Positions 9,809-19,094 are shown, counted from the first letter of the stretch. The stretch: 64,000 bases of DNA from Patescibacteria group bacterium (GCA_041737355.1 JBGSRW010000008.1:91700-155699), one strand, 5' to 3'. Notes: generated by a model not told the origin, from the letters alone. Numbers and translations: made by a program.

Positions 9809-11752
9809 ATGTTCGCCGAAGTTATACCGCTGGTCCGGTTGCCAAAAAAATTATCTTTTTTTGATTATGAAGTTCCTCAAGAGATTGAGGGACAAATTAA
9901 AATAGGACAAATTGTTGTTATTCCTTTCCGCGGAAAAAAAATAAAAGGAGTGGTGGGAAATATAAAAAAAGAAGCTCAGAAAGTTAACGCGCCGATAAAA
10001 AAAATATTAAAAATTCTTTCGGATGAGCCTATAATCGACGAAAAAGGCCTGGACCTTCTTTCATGGATAGCCGACTATTACGTCTCTTCCTTACCTTTGG
10101 TCGCAAAAACATTTCTTCCGGAGCCGCCTCTCGTGAAAAGATCGAGGACTTTTCCTGAAAATTATCTCTCAAAACAACTAACCGTCTCAAAATCAGATGC
10201 AGAGGAAATAAAAAAGCTTTTAGCTCTCCTTTCAGATGATAAAAAAATTTCTCTCTTGCATTTTGATAATTTTAAAAACAAAACAGTCATTCTCTTGAAA
10301 TGTGCGGAAAAAGCTATCGCCGAAGGAAGGGGTGTTCTGATTCTTGAACCCCAGGTTCCCGACGTTCTTGGTATACTTCCCTACTTTGTAAATTTGTTTC
10401 CCGATAAAACGGCCGTATTGCACGGCGAGATGTCAAAAACAGAATATTGGCAACAGTGGCAAAAAATCAAAAGCGGCAAGGCGGGAATTGTCATAGGAAC
10501 CCGTTCGGCGCTTTGCGCTCCTCTCGCCAAAATAGGTCTGGTAATTGTCGACAACGAGGAGTCGTCGGACTTTAAACAATCGGATCAGAATCCCCGTTAT
10601 GACACCAGAGAAACTTCCTTGAAAAGAGCGGAAATAACCGGAGCTAAAATAATTTTTACAAGCCAAGCTCCGCGTCCCGAAACTTATTTTTTATCAAAAA
10701 ATCGTCCCGACGCGCAATACTTGGCTTCAACGATGACCCCGCGGTTTCCCACGGTTCTCGTAGACATGAATGGCGAAATAAAAAATAAAAATTTTTCTCC
10801 TCTCAGTGAAAAAATAAAAGAAGAAATAAGCAGCGTTCTTACCAAAAAACAAAAAATTGTGCTTCTTCTGAACCGGCGCGGGGGCTCCACTCTTATTCTC
10901 TGCCGCGATTGTGATTACGTTTTTCGCTGCAAAAGATGCGATAATCCCCTGACCTGCCACGAAAACGAATGTAATTTACCCAATAAATTAATCTGTCATA
11001 ATTGCGGATCAGAGGAACCCATAAGTCTTAAATGCCCTAACTGCCAAGGGTCATCGATAAAATACGCGGGAATGGGAACTCAAGCGCTGGAGAGAGAAAT
11101 AAAAAAAATATTTCCCGAAAAAAAAATCTTAAGAATAGATAGTGATTCCGAAACTGCCAATATTGGAAAAAAAATAGCCGAAGCCGATATTCTCATTGGC
11201 ACCCAATTCTTTATAAGAAATTATCTGATCCAAACCCAAGATGTCGGGCTCGTCGGAATTTTTTCGGCCGACACCCTACTCTACCGTCCCGATTTTAGAT
11301 CCAGTGAAAAAACTTTCTCGTGGCTCAGGAGTATTATCAATTTCGCCCACAGTTTAAAAACTGTAATTATTATCCAGACTTTTTTCCCGAACAATTTTGT
11401 TATTCAGGGGGCGGCCGGGATTAAACCTGATGAATTTTACGGCGAAGAGCTTGACAACAGGTTAAACTTGAATTATCCCCCCTTTGGCTTTTTAGCCAAA
11501 TTGTCCTACGCCGATAAAAATGCGGAAACCTGCCTTAAGGAAGCTTCAAATCTTTACGAAAAAATAAAAAATGGACTGGCTCCATTGGCTGAAATATCGG
11601 TTGACGAGAAACCAAGGCTTCAAAAAAATAAATTTTTTTGTAAAATTATTCTTAAATTCAGCGAAAGAAATAGAAGAGCAGTTAAGGATTTTCTCGAAGA
11701 AAATATTCCCGACGAATGGACTATTGACATTGACCCCGAATCATTACTATAA
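9809..11752 (+). CDS. priA: Primosomal protein N' (PriA)-like
   Basis: N-terminal 3'-DNA-binding-like region and a PriA-type Cys-rich zinc module (CRDCDYVFRCKRCDNPLTCH...CHNCG). Helicase motifs appear degenerate. Confidence 0.7.
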   Translation: MFAEVIPLVRLPKKLSFFDYEVPQEIEGQIKIGQIVVIPFRGKKIKGVVGNIKKEAQKVNAPIKKILKILSDEPIIDEKGLDLLSWIADYYVSSLPLVAKTFLPEPPLVKRSRTFPENYLSKQLTVSKSDAEEIKKLLALLSDDKKISLLHFDNFKNKTVILLKCAEKAIAEGRGVLILEPQVPDVLGILPYFVNLFPDKTAVLHGEMSKTEYWQQWQKIKSGKAGIVIGTRSALCAPLAKIGLVIVDNEESSDFKQSDQNPRYDTRETSLKRAEITGAKIIFTSQAPRPETYFLSKNRPDAQYLASTMTPRFPTVLVDMNGEIKNKNFSPLSEKIKEEISSVLTKKQKIVLLLNRRGGSTLILCRDCDYVFRCKRCDNPLTCHENECNLPNKLICHNCGSEEPISLKCPNCQGSSIKYAGMGTQALEREIKKIFPEKKILRIDSDSETANIGKKIAEADILIGTQFFIRNYLIQTQDVGLVGIFSADTLLYRPDFRSSEKTFSWLRSIINFAHSLKTVIIIQTFFPNNFVIQGAAGIKPDEFYGEELDNRLNLNYPPFGFLAKLSYADKNAETCLKEASNLYEKIKNGLAPLAEISVDEKPRLQKNKFFCKIILKFSERNRRAVKDFLEENIPDEWTIDIDPESLL

Positions 11753-11761
11753 TAAATTATT

Positions 11762-12238
11762 ATGATTCTAAAAATAATTACCAATCCAAGCCCAATACTC
11801 CGTCAAAAGGCTGAAGAAATAAGAATCGAGGAAATAAGAAGCCCTGTACTTCAGAAGCTTATTTTTGATATAAAGGAAACGGTTATCCCTGCTGGCGGGA
11901 TCGGTCTCGCCGCTCCGCAAGTTGGCCTGTCCTTAAGACTGATTGTTATCGCTCTCGATGACAAATTAATGGCTTTTGTAAATCCTAAAATCACCAAATT
12001 TTCCTGGAGAAAAGAATTTGACGAGGAGGGGTGTTTGTCCGTTCCGGGAAAATTCGGACCGGTCAAGAGATCGAAAATTATAAAAGTTGAAGCGTTTGAT
12101 GAGCGCGGTAAATTACTTAAATTCAAGGCGAAGGATCTTTTTGCGAGGGTTATCCAACATGAGATAGACCATCTGGACGGAATTCTTTTTATTGATAAAG
12201 CCAAGAAAGTCGTAGTTGACAACGCGCCCCGCATTTAA
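11762..12238 (+). CDS. def: Peptide deformylase
   Basis: GIGLAAPQVG, EGCLSVPG and QHEIDHLDG motifs. Confidence 0.9.
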   Translation: MILKIITNPSPILRQKAEEIRIEEIRSPVLQKLIFDIKETVIPAGGIGLAAPQVGLSLRLIVIALDDKLMAFVNPKITKFSWRKEFDEEGCLSVPGKFGPVKRSKIIKVEAFDERGKLLKFKAKDLFARVIQHEIDHLDGILFIDKAKKVVVDNAPRI

Positions 12239-12259
12239 TCAGCAGTAAACCGTTAAATC

Positions 12260-13207
12260 ATGAGCAAAAAAATAATATTCATGGGCAGCGGCGATTTTGC
12301 CGCTATAATTTTGGAAAAACTTTCCTCCTCCCCGTTCAGGCCGACGGCAGTTTTTACTCAGCCGGACAAACCCGTCGGGCGGAAACAGGTTCTCTCCCCT
12401 TCCCCAGCTAAGAAAATCGCCGCAAGCCTCGGCTTGAATTTTTTTGAACCTAAAAGTTTAAAAAACGAAGAGGCTATAAGATTAATAAAATCCTTGACGC
12501 CGGACATAATTATTGTTGCCGATTACGGAAAAATTATCCCTAAAAATATTTTAGATATCCCGAAATACGGGGCTCTGAACATCCATCCATCCGTTCTGCC
12601 AAAATACAGGGGGGCCACGCCAATTCAGTACACGATTCTCTCCGGCGATCAAAAAACGGGAGTTTCCGTAATTTTAATGGATGAACTGGTTGACCACGGC
12701 CCAATTGTTGCGACCGCGGATTATGAACCGGAAATATATAAAATCGGCCGCGTGGAGCTGACGAAAAAAATGGCTGATTTAGGCGCGGAATTGTTGATAA
12801 AAATTTTACCACGGTGGTTTTCCGGAGAAATAAAACCTGTACCGCAAAACGAGTCCGCCGCTACATACACTAAAATTTTGTCCAAAGAAGACGGAAAAAT
12901 TAATTGGGAAAAATCCGTGAAAGAAATCGAAAGACAAGTAAGGGCTTTTGAGGATTGGCCTGGAACATGGACCGAGTGGCCGGAAGAAAATAAAAAGATA
13001 AAAATTTTTAGAGCAGAGATTGCGGATAACAGTACGGGCGGCGGGAAGCCTGGCAAAATTTTTATTGCCCGAAACGGCGAGATGGCAGTTGACTGCGGTA
13101 CCGGAAGCTTATTGATAAAAGAATTACAACTTGAAGGAAAAAATAAAATAACCGGCAAGGAATTCTTACGAGGTTACCCGGAAATTGTTGGCGCCTTTTT
13201 AATTTAA
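12260..13207 (+). CDS. fmt: Methionyl-tRNA formyltransferase
   Basis: Formyltransferase N-domain (IIFMGSGDFA...) and C-terminal Fmt domain. Sits downstream of def in the classical order. Confidence 0.9.
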   Translation: MSKKIIFMGSGDFAAIILEKLSSSPFRPTAVFTQPDKPVGRKQVLSPSPAKKIAASLGLNFFEPKSLKNEEAIRLIKSLTPDIIIVADYGKIIPKNILDIPKYGALNIHPSVLPKYRGATPIQYTILSGDQKTGVSVILMDELVDHGPIVATADYEPEIYKIGRVELTKKMADLGAELLIKILPRWFSGEIKPVPQNESAATYTKILSKEDGKINWEKSVKEIERQVRAFEDWPGTWTEWPEENKKIKIFRAEIADNSTGGGKPGKIFIARNGEMAVDCGTGSLLIKELQLEGKNKITGKEFLRGYPEIVGAFLI

Positions 13208-13225
13208 AAATCGTCCGTATAACAC

Positions 13226-13258
13226 AAAACCAGCTGAATAAACAGCTGGTTTTGTTAT
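13226..13258 (+). terminator. Terminator of the def-fmt transcript
   Basis: aaaaccagctg / cagctggtttt hairpin with T-run. Confidence 0.6.
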
Positions 13259-13265
13259 TTACCTC

Positions 13266-13478
13266 TTATCTTGCAAAATTAGCTCTACGCTTTTTGTTGC
13301 AGTCAAAGCAATAAACCGGTCGATCAGCGGCTGGCTTGAAAGGCAGCTCAGTGATCGCCACGCCACAATCCTGACATTTGAGGTTCATGTCGGAGACATT
13401 GAACATCTGGCGTTGTGGTCTGGGGCCGAAGCCACGGTCATCGTTATAGGCCATAAGTTTGGCTGAAGTATCGGTCAT
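13266..13478 (-). CDS. Small CxxC-x17-CxxC zinc-ribbon protein with RG-rich N-terminus (cassette C)
   Basis: CQDCGVAITELPFKPAADRPVYCFDCNKKRR resembles the zinc ribbon often seen at the C-termini of RNA helicases. AAGAGG precedes the ATG. A TTGACA-16-TATAAT promoter lies at plus 13584-13611. Confidence 0.5.
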   Translation of the reverse strand: MTDTSAKLMAYNDDRGFGPRPQRQMFNVSDMNLKCQDCGVAITELPFKPAADRPVYCFDCNKKRRANFAR

Positions 13479-13583
13479 TTTAACTTACGACCTCTTTTGA
13501 TGCTATCTCTAGGATCTATCGTTAAAATTGTCCTACTCTTCGTTCGTCTCCGTCAAAACGGAGACTTATTGAATTATGTCTAT

Positions 13584-13611
13584 ATTATACACTATTCTCC
13601 GGATTTGTCAA
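13584..13611 (-). promoter_or_regulatory. Consensus sigma70 promoter of cassette C, followed by a leader of about 100 nt with a hairpin
   Basis: TTGACA (plus 13606-13611) and TATAAT (plus 13584-13589) with a 16-nt spacer. Leader hairpin gtctccg/cggagac at 13546-13565. Confidence 0.45.
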
Positions 13612-13697
13612 TCCTCGGCGTGAAAAGATAAAAAACGGCGACAGTGAAATTCGCGTTTCAATATCGCCGCAGATGGGAAGGGTTTCTGGTCTCGGCC

Positions 13698-14060
13698 CTA
13701 ACGCACGATCGAAAACTCGCTGAATCCCTGGCCACGGATGGTCACCTTGACGTTGCGTTGCTTGTAGCCGTTCTCGAAGTAGTAACCGCCCACACTCTCA
13801 GCCAAGAGCAACCCCAGTTTCGCGACATCCGCCGCCTCAATCTCGGAAGCGGTTGCCTCGTGGACAAAAATATCAATCTCTACCGGTCCATTCCTCGCGG
13901 GTTCCACCGCGGAATCCCGGGTAGTAAGGTCGATGTCTTCGTCGCTCTTAATGCCGAGCCAACCCATGTTCTTGAGGACCCCCTTGATCCTGCGAAGAAA
14001 GTAGGGATGAACCCGAGCGCGATCTCCTTCATTCCTGACCGCCAATTGCAATTTTCCCAT
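13698..14060 (-). CDS. Hypothetical protein, 120 aa (cassette D)
   Basis: GGAGGGAGG SD 6 nt before ATG 14060. TTGACA-16-TAAAAT promoter at plus 14107-14134. Hairpin plus T-run terminator around 13625-13665. No family recognised. Confidence 0.45.
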   Translation of the reverse strand: MGKLQLAVRNEGDRARVHPYFLRRIKGVLKNMGWLGIKSDEDIDLTTRDSAVEPARNGPVEIDIFVHEATASEIEAADVAKLGLLLAESVGGYYFENGYKQRNVKVTIRGQGFSEFSIVR

Positions 14061-14436
14061 TTTATCCTCCCTCTCTCGCCTCGCCACACCTTATGGCAAG
14101 CTTTGCTTATTTTAGATTAAATACGAAAAATGTCAAGATAAAAAAAGAGCGGCAAAGACTTTCGTCAACGCCGCTCAATGAACAACCGCTCTGGACGTTT
14201 CCGTCCGTTGCGGATTGCTTTCCCGCCCCTTCTCCTTACGGAGTGTTTTCCTTGGCTGGAGAAAAACCGCCGTTGCCGGCCAGGGGCAAGCCGAGTTTGC
14301 TGGTTTTCTATTCGGCTCCGGACTCGGGGCAGAGCCTACAGGAGGTGTGGGCTTGGCGGCCGGAAGGGAAGAAGTGCGCCACCGCCGAACCCGGATGAGC
14401 CAGCTACATCCCCACGGAACAAAGGCGCACTCCTGC

Positions 14437-14508
14437 GTCCCCAACGGGATTTGAACCCGTGCTTCTGACAGCAACGACCAGAGTCCTGACCGCTAGACAA
14501 TGGGGACT
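14437..14508 (-). tRNA. tRNA-like element with a degenerate anticodon loop (possible pseudo-tRNA, tRNA-Gln-like UUG)
   Basis: Perfect 7-bp acceptor stem (gtcccca/tggggac), D arm and T arm with GGTTCAAATCC. Anticodon loop cgTTGct has G at 33 and C at 37, which is non-canonical. No encoded CCA. Confidence 0.4.
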
Positions 14509-14531
14509 TCGCGGCTATTTATTGCCGCGAT

Positions 14532-14795
14532 TTACGGGTTTCTTCCCTGCGGTTGTTGGCGACTGAAGATCCAGACGAAAAATTCCCGGATATTCCGCCA
14601 GAGGAAGACGAGAACCGAACGCACAATCCGCCAGGCCGTCCGCCAGAACCAGTGCCAGATGGCAGTGATTGCCTTCTTGGCCTGCTGACCCATCCAGCGA
14701 AACGCCCGGGCCTTGCCGGTCAGGATGATGCTCGCCCCTTCGAAAGCGATGAGAAAGAGAATAATTCCGCCGATCAGGCTGGACATTTTGTCCAT
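14532..14795 (-). CDS. Small membrane protein, 2-3 TM, Trp/Arg-rich (cassette E)
   Basis: GGGAGG SD before the ATG. TTGACA-17-TATATT promoter at plus 14831-14859. Hydrophobic segments IGGIILFLIAF and SVLVFLW. Confidence 0.45.
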   Translation of the reverse strand: MDKMSSLIGGIILFLIAFEGASIILTGKARAFRWMGQQAKKAITAIWHWFWRTAWRIVRSVLVFLWRNIREFFVWIFSRQQPQGRNP

Positions 14796-14830
14796 TTCTA
14801 ACCTCCCTTACCCATTTTAGGGTACTATAA

Positions 14831-14859
14831 AATATATCAAAGATTTACGGTTTTGTCAA
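14831..14859 (-). promoter_or_regulatory. Consensus sigma70 promoter of cassette E
   Basis: TTGACA and TATATT with an exact 17-nt spacer on the minus strand. Confidence 0.45.
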
Positions 14860-14895
14860 TATCAAAACCGCTCTTTTTGGGGCGGCTTTGTTGAT

Positions 14896-16338
14896 TTACT
14901 CTTTTAATTTAGCAAAAAATGTACTGCACAAAATTACATACCCGATACCTAAAGGATGATTCAAGTATGGACTGAAAAAATTCGTTGCCAAGAGGGCGGC
15001 AATTCCGAGCATTAGGCCAAAAGGCATAAAGTCCCCTTCCCGGCCCAAAGACCAGCCAGAACGCCAAATTTTAACGATTAAAAGCATATAAACAACGAGT
15101 CCGGCCAAGCCAATTTTAAGCAGGATATCCAAATAGCCCCATTCAAAAGCATAGGTGGTAAATTGTCCGTCCGGGCTCAATTGTACGGCCCGCGGGTCGC
15201 TGCTTTTATAAGTGACGGTTGTCCCGAAACCTGAACCGACAATCGGATGTTTAATAATTGCTCTGCCGAGCGGCGGAAGAAGATCCCAGCGGCTCCGGAC
15301 AGCTGCTTCGCTTAAATCGGTCAGGCGGTCGGAGAACATTGAGGTCAGGGAGATTTTGCCGGGCGTAGGATAAGGAAATTTTACCGTGATAAAAATCGCA
15401 GCAGCCGAAATCACGAGTATTGCTAAGCCGCAAAGCCCTATTTTAAAAATTTTACCGAAAGAAAATTTTCTGATAATTAAAAATACTAAAAGAGTCAAAA
15501 GACCAAAAACCAGACCGAACCAGAAACTTCGGGAGAAGCTGACAAGGATTGATGCAAGGCATCCGGCAATGAGTAGCCAGTAGTTGGCAAGGAGCTTTCT
15601 GCTTTTATCTTTTTGCCAAATGAGCAACGCGGAAAAAATAAACAGGCCGATTAAAACATAAATCTGCGATTGAAAAAAGATCCGGTAAAAACCGCTGTCC
15701 ATTAAAGTGATCTCCCCTATCAAAAACTGCCGGAGCCAACGGTAAAGCGGATACATGGCGACTTCCAGGCCGTGGGAAAAAATATAAAGCAGGAAAAATG
15801 TTTTTAAAACAATAAGAGTAACTGAAGCCGTGAAAATCTGCATTACGTTTTCAATTTGCTCGCGCGACTTGATGGTATCGGCAAAAAGAAAAATCGCGCC
15901 GAAATACAGCCAGGCGTTAAAATCAAAAAAGACGTTTTGGAAGGAATTGCCGCGGATAATTCCCCAAACAAATCCCCAGACAATAAAGGCAAACAAAATC
16001 CACCACCATTTATTCAAGTTAAATTTAAAATCCCGTTTTTCAATTCTCCGGTACAGGCAAACCGCCATTACAACTAAAAATAAGGCAATGCGCAAAGAAA
16101 CGGAAACGCTACCGACATCAAAATAAAATAAATACCCCTTAGAGCCGATAAACAATTCCGCCAGCAAAATATAAAGCCCATAATCAAGTTTTTCTAAAGT
16201 TAAAACCAGGGTTAGGCCGAGAATAACAAAAAATGTCACCTTATTAAAAAACGGGAAAAAGTACGCGACAAACGACAATATTAGGGCAAAAGAAAAGAAA
16301 AGCAGTGAAGTTTTAAAATATTTTCCAAAGAGGTTCAT
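14896..16338 (-). CDS. O-antigen ligase / Wzy-like polymerase family membrane protein
   Basis: Polytopic; SRSFWFGLVFGLL matches the Wzy_C signature region. ATG 16338 preferred over the TTG at 16350. Flanked by glycosyltransferases. Confidence 0.65.
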   Translation of the reverse strand: MNLFGKYFKTSLLFFSFALILSFVAYFFPFFNKVTFFVILGLTLVLTLEKLDYGLYILLAELFIGSKGYLFYFDVGSVSVSLRIALFLVVMAVCLYRRIEKRDFKFNLNKWWWILFAFIVWGFVWGIIRGNSFQNVFFDFNAWLYFGAIFLFADTIKSREQIENVMQIFTASVTLIVLKTFFLLYIFSHGLEVAMYPLYRWLRQFLIGEITLMDSGFYRIFFQSQIYVLIGLFIFSALLIWQKDKSRKLLANYWLLIAGCLASILVSFSRSFWFGLVFGLLTLLVFLIIRKFSFGKIFKIGLCGLAILVISAAAIFITVKFPYPTPGKISLTSMFSDRLTDLSEAAVRSRWDLLPPLGRAIIKHPIVGSGFGTTVTYKSSDPRAVQLSPDGQFTTYAFEWGYLDILLKIGLAGLVVYMLLIVKIWRSGWSLGREGDFMPFGLMLGIAALLATNFFSPYLNHPLGIGYVILCSTFFAKLKE

Positions 16339-16343
16339 AACTC

Positions 16344-16372
16344 TTGACAATTTACGATTTTATTGATAGATT
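16344..16372 (+). promoter_or_regulatory. Sigma70-like promoter of cassette F
   Basis: TTGACA-17-TAGATT upstream of AAAAAGGAGGGTG and ATG 16423. Confidence 0.4.
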
Positions 16373-16422
16373 ATAGCGTAGCCTGGACAATCTCGTTTGG
16401 GCTAAAAAGGAGGGTGTAAGGG

Positions 16423-16890
16423 ATGAATTCCCGACTGGAGAGACTCAAGGTTACAATCGAGAAGTGCGAGAAGATCGAGGAGATCTTCACCCGGCAGCAC
16501 GTCCGCGGAACGGAGCCAAAACACTACGACGACGTGATCGCCGGTTTCGACGCTCCAGCGCGAAGCGGTTTTCTCTTGGGGTGGGATCTCGTGGTCAAGG
16601 GTTCGGCCGGCCACAGAGAAGACCTCCTGGGGCGAGAACCGACCTGCATCGAGATTTCTCTCTCCGGCGGGGAGCGGGGCGACCGGCTGATCATCATCTC
16701 CTACCTCCCAGAGACCCGCGGCTGGACGGTCGAAGGATCGACCGATATCGGTCTGGACGGGACTCCGGCCGTCCGAAATCTCGCTGCCGACTGCCGTCTT
16801 TCGGCCGGCGAGACGCGCCAAATCGGCGAGGACGAGGCGATGAAGATCATCGCCACTATCTGCGCTTTCTACAGGGCGCAGCCGGTCTAG
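16423..16890 (+). CDS. Hypothetical protein, 155 aa (cassette F)
   Basis: Strong SD. G+C-rich. Hairpin terminator (gccgact/agtcggc plus T-run) at about 16912-16956. No family recognised. Confidence 0.45.
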   Translation: MNSRLERLKVTIEKCEKIEEIFTRQHVRGTEPKHYDDVIAGFDAPARSGFLLGWDLVVKGSAGHREDLLGREPTCIEISLSGGERGDRLIIISYLPETRGWTVEGSTDIGLDGTPAVRNLAADCRLSAGETRQIGEDEAMKIIATICAFYRAQPV

Positions 16891-16946
16891 CTAGACCGCG
16901 ACCGACGGAGGAACAAACTATCGCCGACTTTTGAAGCGCAAGCTGA

Positions 16947-17807
16947 TTAAGTCGGCTCTTTTTTTACAAAAATTTGCGCCAGCCAGGCAAGTAACAGACT
17001 AAATGGCCGGAGAATCTGAATAGCAAACCACTCCCCTTTTGTTCCGTGTTTCTTGAAATAATATGACAAGCTGCGATTAAAATCTTTTTGTTTTTTAAGA
17101 CCCATTGCCTGTTTGAAACTTTGGCCAAAGTGATGAATAATTTTCGCTTCCGGTGTGTAAAAAATTTTATAACCGGAAGATTTTGCCCGTTTGCAGAAAT
17201 CAACTTCCTCAAACCAAATCCAAAATTTTTCATCGAGCAATCCGATTTTATTTATCACCTCGCGCCGGATCATCAAAAAAGCGCCCATCACCTGGTCAAC
17301 TTCCTGAGTTTTTTCATAATCAAAATCCTGAACCAAATATTTATACATGGTTTTTGAGTGCGGAAATAAATGGTGGATTTTCAATAAAATAAAAAGCTGC
17401 GAAGCCAAATCGGGAAAAGCCCGGACCGACGGCTGGAGCGATAAATCGGGATTCAGTAGTTTACACCCGGCAATGCCATAATTTTGGTTGGCATCCATAA
17501 ACCGCACCATCTTTTCCAGCGCATTTTCCAAAATTTCCGTGTCAGGATTTAAAAGTAAAACATATCTGCCGCGGGCTTTTTTTATTGCCAAATTATTTCC
17601 TTTGGCAAAACCTAAATTTTCCGTGCTGGCCGTTAGATCAATCTGGGAAAATTTTCCCCGCACCATTTCCACACTGTCGTCGCCCGAGGCGTTATCCACG
17701 ACAAAAACTTCAAAAGAAATATTTTTTGTTTGTTCAAAAATAGCTTGGATACATTTCTCCAGCAAATCTTTTACTTTCCAGTTAACAATAATAATTGATA
17801 AGTCCAT
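16947..17807 (-). CDS. Family 2 glycosyltransferase
   Basis: N-terminal IIIVNW...VVDNASGD GT-A fold motifs. Confidence 0.8.
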   Translation of the reverse strand: MDLSIIIVNWKVKDLLEKCIQAIFEQTKNISFEVFVVDNASGDDSVEMVRGKFSQIDLTASTENLGFAKGNNLAIKKARGRYVLLLNPDTEILENALEKMVRFMDANQNYGIAGCKLLNPDLSLQPSVRAFPDLASQLFILLKIHHLFPHSKTMYKYLVQDFDYEKTQEVDQVMGAFLMIRREVINKIGLLDEKFWIWFEEVDFCKRAKSSGYKIFYTPEAKIIHHFGQSFKQAMGLKKQKDFNRSLSYYFKKHGTKGEWFAIQILRPFSLLLAWLAQIFVKKEPT

Positions 17808-17808
17808 A

Positions 17809-18507
17809 TTATAAACGGTGTTTTTCTTTAATGATCTTCAGCGCTTCTTGGTATTTTTTTACTTCCCCTGGCATCCAGCCGAGCCGTTTCCAAGGAATTT
17901 TATATACAAATGATGGCAGCCAGCGGGAAATACCGGTTTTCCGCGGTTTAACCGTAAAAAGAAATTCCGGAATCCAGACTCCGGCATGATTCTGCTCCAA
18001 CATCTGCAACCATAAATCCCAATCCTGAAATTTTTTCAATTTTTCATCCCAACCGGGAAAATGGGCGCGGCGAATGAGAGTGGTCGAGGTAATATAATTC
18101 ATTTTCCTAAGAGCCTTGGCGTCAAACTCGTGAAGACCAAATTTTTTTTTACCCCACATAAAAGACGAGTAGGCGTAAGAGACTTCGGGATTTTTTTTAA
18201 GCGCTTCAAACATTTTAGCTAGCATTTCCGGTTTTGCATCAACATCGGCATCGCAAAAAATTACAAACTCGCCAGTTGATTCCCCAAATCCCCTATTCCG
18301 GGCCGCCGGTGCGCCGAGATTTTCCTGGTTGATAATCTTTATCCGGTCTTTATATTTTTCCAAAACTTCGGCCGTGTTATCGGTTGAGCCATCGTTTACA
18401 ACAATAATCTCGAAGTCTTTAAATGTCTGACTAAACAACGATAAAAGACACGTTTCAATCGTGTCTCCGTGCTGGTAACTAGGTATAATTACGCTTATTT
18501 TAGCCAT
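17809..18507 (-). CDS. Family 2 glycosyltransferase
   Basis: VIIPSY...VVNDGSTD... DAD motif. Confidence 0.8.
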   Translation of the reverse strand: MAKISVIIPSYQHGDTIETCLLSLFSQTFKDFEIIVVNDGSTDNTAEVLEKYKDRIKIINQENLGAPAARNRGFGESTGEFVIFCDADVDAKPEMLAKMFEALKKNPEVSYAYSSFMWGKKKFGLHEFDAKALRKMNYITSTTLIRRAHFPGWDEKLKKFQDWDLWLQMLEQNHAGVWIPEFLFTVKPRKTGISRWLPSFVYKIPWKRLGWMPGEVKKYQEALKIIKEKHRL

Positions 18508-18601
18508 ACTATTTTGTTTATTATAGCCGATTTCGCTCTTGAAAACAAGGTTTTGGCTGATGGCGGTTTAGTGCTATAATAAATCAGCGAGGAGGAAGCA
18601 A

Positions 18602-18802
18602 ATGCCAAAAATTGAGGAGGGTTGGCAAAACGGTTTTCCTATTCAGCGCGGTGATTACGATCATCCGCCCTGCGCTCTTGACGATAAAGGCCATTGCGGT
18701 AAGGAAATTCCGGGAGAAAACGACCCACTCTACGACGAACGGGATGGATTACCAAAATCGCGGAAACACGTAATGCACGACAAGGAAAAGGAGGAAGGGT
18801 GA
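18602..18802 (+). CDS. Small His/Cys-containing protein, 66 aa (cassette G, gene 1)
   Basis: TGcTATAAT extended -10 at 18572-18580 and GAGGAGGA SD before ATG 18602. G+C-rich. Confidence 0.4.
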   Translation: MPKIEEGWQNGFPIQRGDYDHPPCALDDKGHCGKEIPGENDPLYDERDGLPKSRKHVMHDKEKEEG

Positions 18803-19017
18803 TCTACCGAGAACAAGTCAAAGTTGTCTTGCGCGCTACTGGCGGCTGCGGTTATCATGAAGAAACCGTAATCAGCTTTCGTGTTGAAGCCGCTAGTATC
18901 GAAGAGGCTAAACACAAAGTAGAAAAAGATTGGGCCGGAATGGCCGCAGCTTGGCACGAACAGGAGGGATGCAATTGTAGTGGCATCCTTGAAACCGTTT
19001 TCCGTTGGGACGAGTAG
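18799..19017 (+). CDS. Small protein, 72 aa, GTG start overlapping the upstream stop (cassette G, gene 2)
   Basis: GTGA overlap implies translational coupling. AAGGAGGAAGGG lies upstream. CGYH and CNCSG Cys motifs. Confidence 0.35.
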   Translation: MIYREQVKVVLRATGGCGYHEETVISFRVEAASIEEAKHKVEKDWAGMAAAWHEQEGCNCSGILETVFRWDE

Positions 19018-19052
19018 ACCACACTGATGGCGTTAGGTGTGGTCTTTTTTTA
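19016..19052 (+). terminator. Terminator of cassette G
   Basis: gaccacac / gtgtggtc hairpin with T7 run. Confidence 0.6.
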
Positions 19053-19054
19053 TT

Positions 19055-19094
19055 TTATAAAAAAGATCCACCAAGGCATGGACCAAAAGTGGAT
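19055..19094 (-). terminator. Terminator of cassette H (convergent with G)
   Basis: gatccac / gtggatc hairpin. A-run on the plus strand gives a T-run on the minus strand. Confidence 0.5.

Noticed and set aside
14150-14430. Possible tmRNA or RNase P RNA on the minus strand (the segment starts GGGG and contains GAGTCCGGAGCC, which resembles P4)
   Set aside because: No tmRNA resume codon or tag-peptide region. None of the other RNase P conserved regions (CR-IV, CR-V) are present, and it is too short. The T-arm belongs to a complete tRNA-like cloverleaf, not a tmRNA. Kept only as a generic candidate structured RNA.
16402-16821. 139-aa minus-strand ORF inside cassette F
   Set aside because: No SD or promoter on that strand. 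The plus-strand ORF has promoter, SD and terminator, and the minus ORF is Arg/Gly/Pro-rich as expected for antisense of G+C-rich coding sequence.
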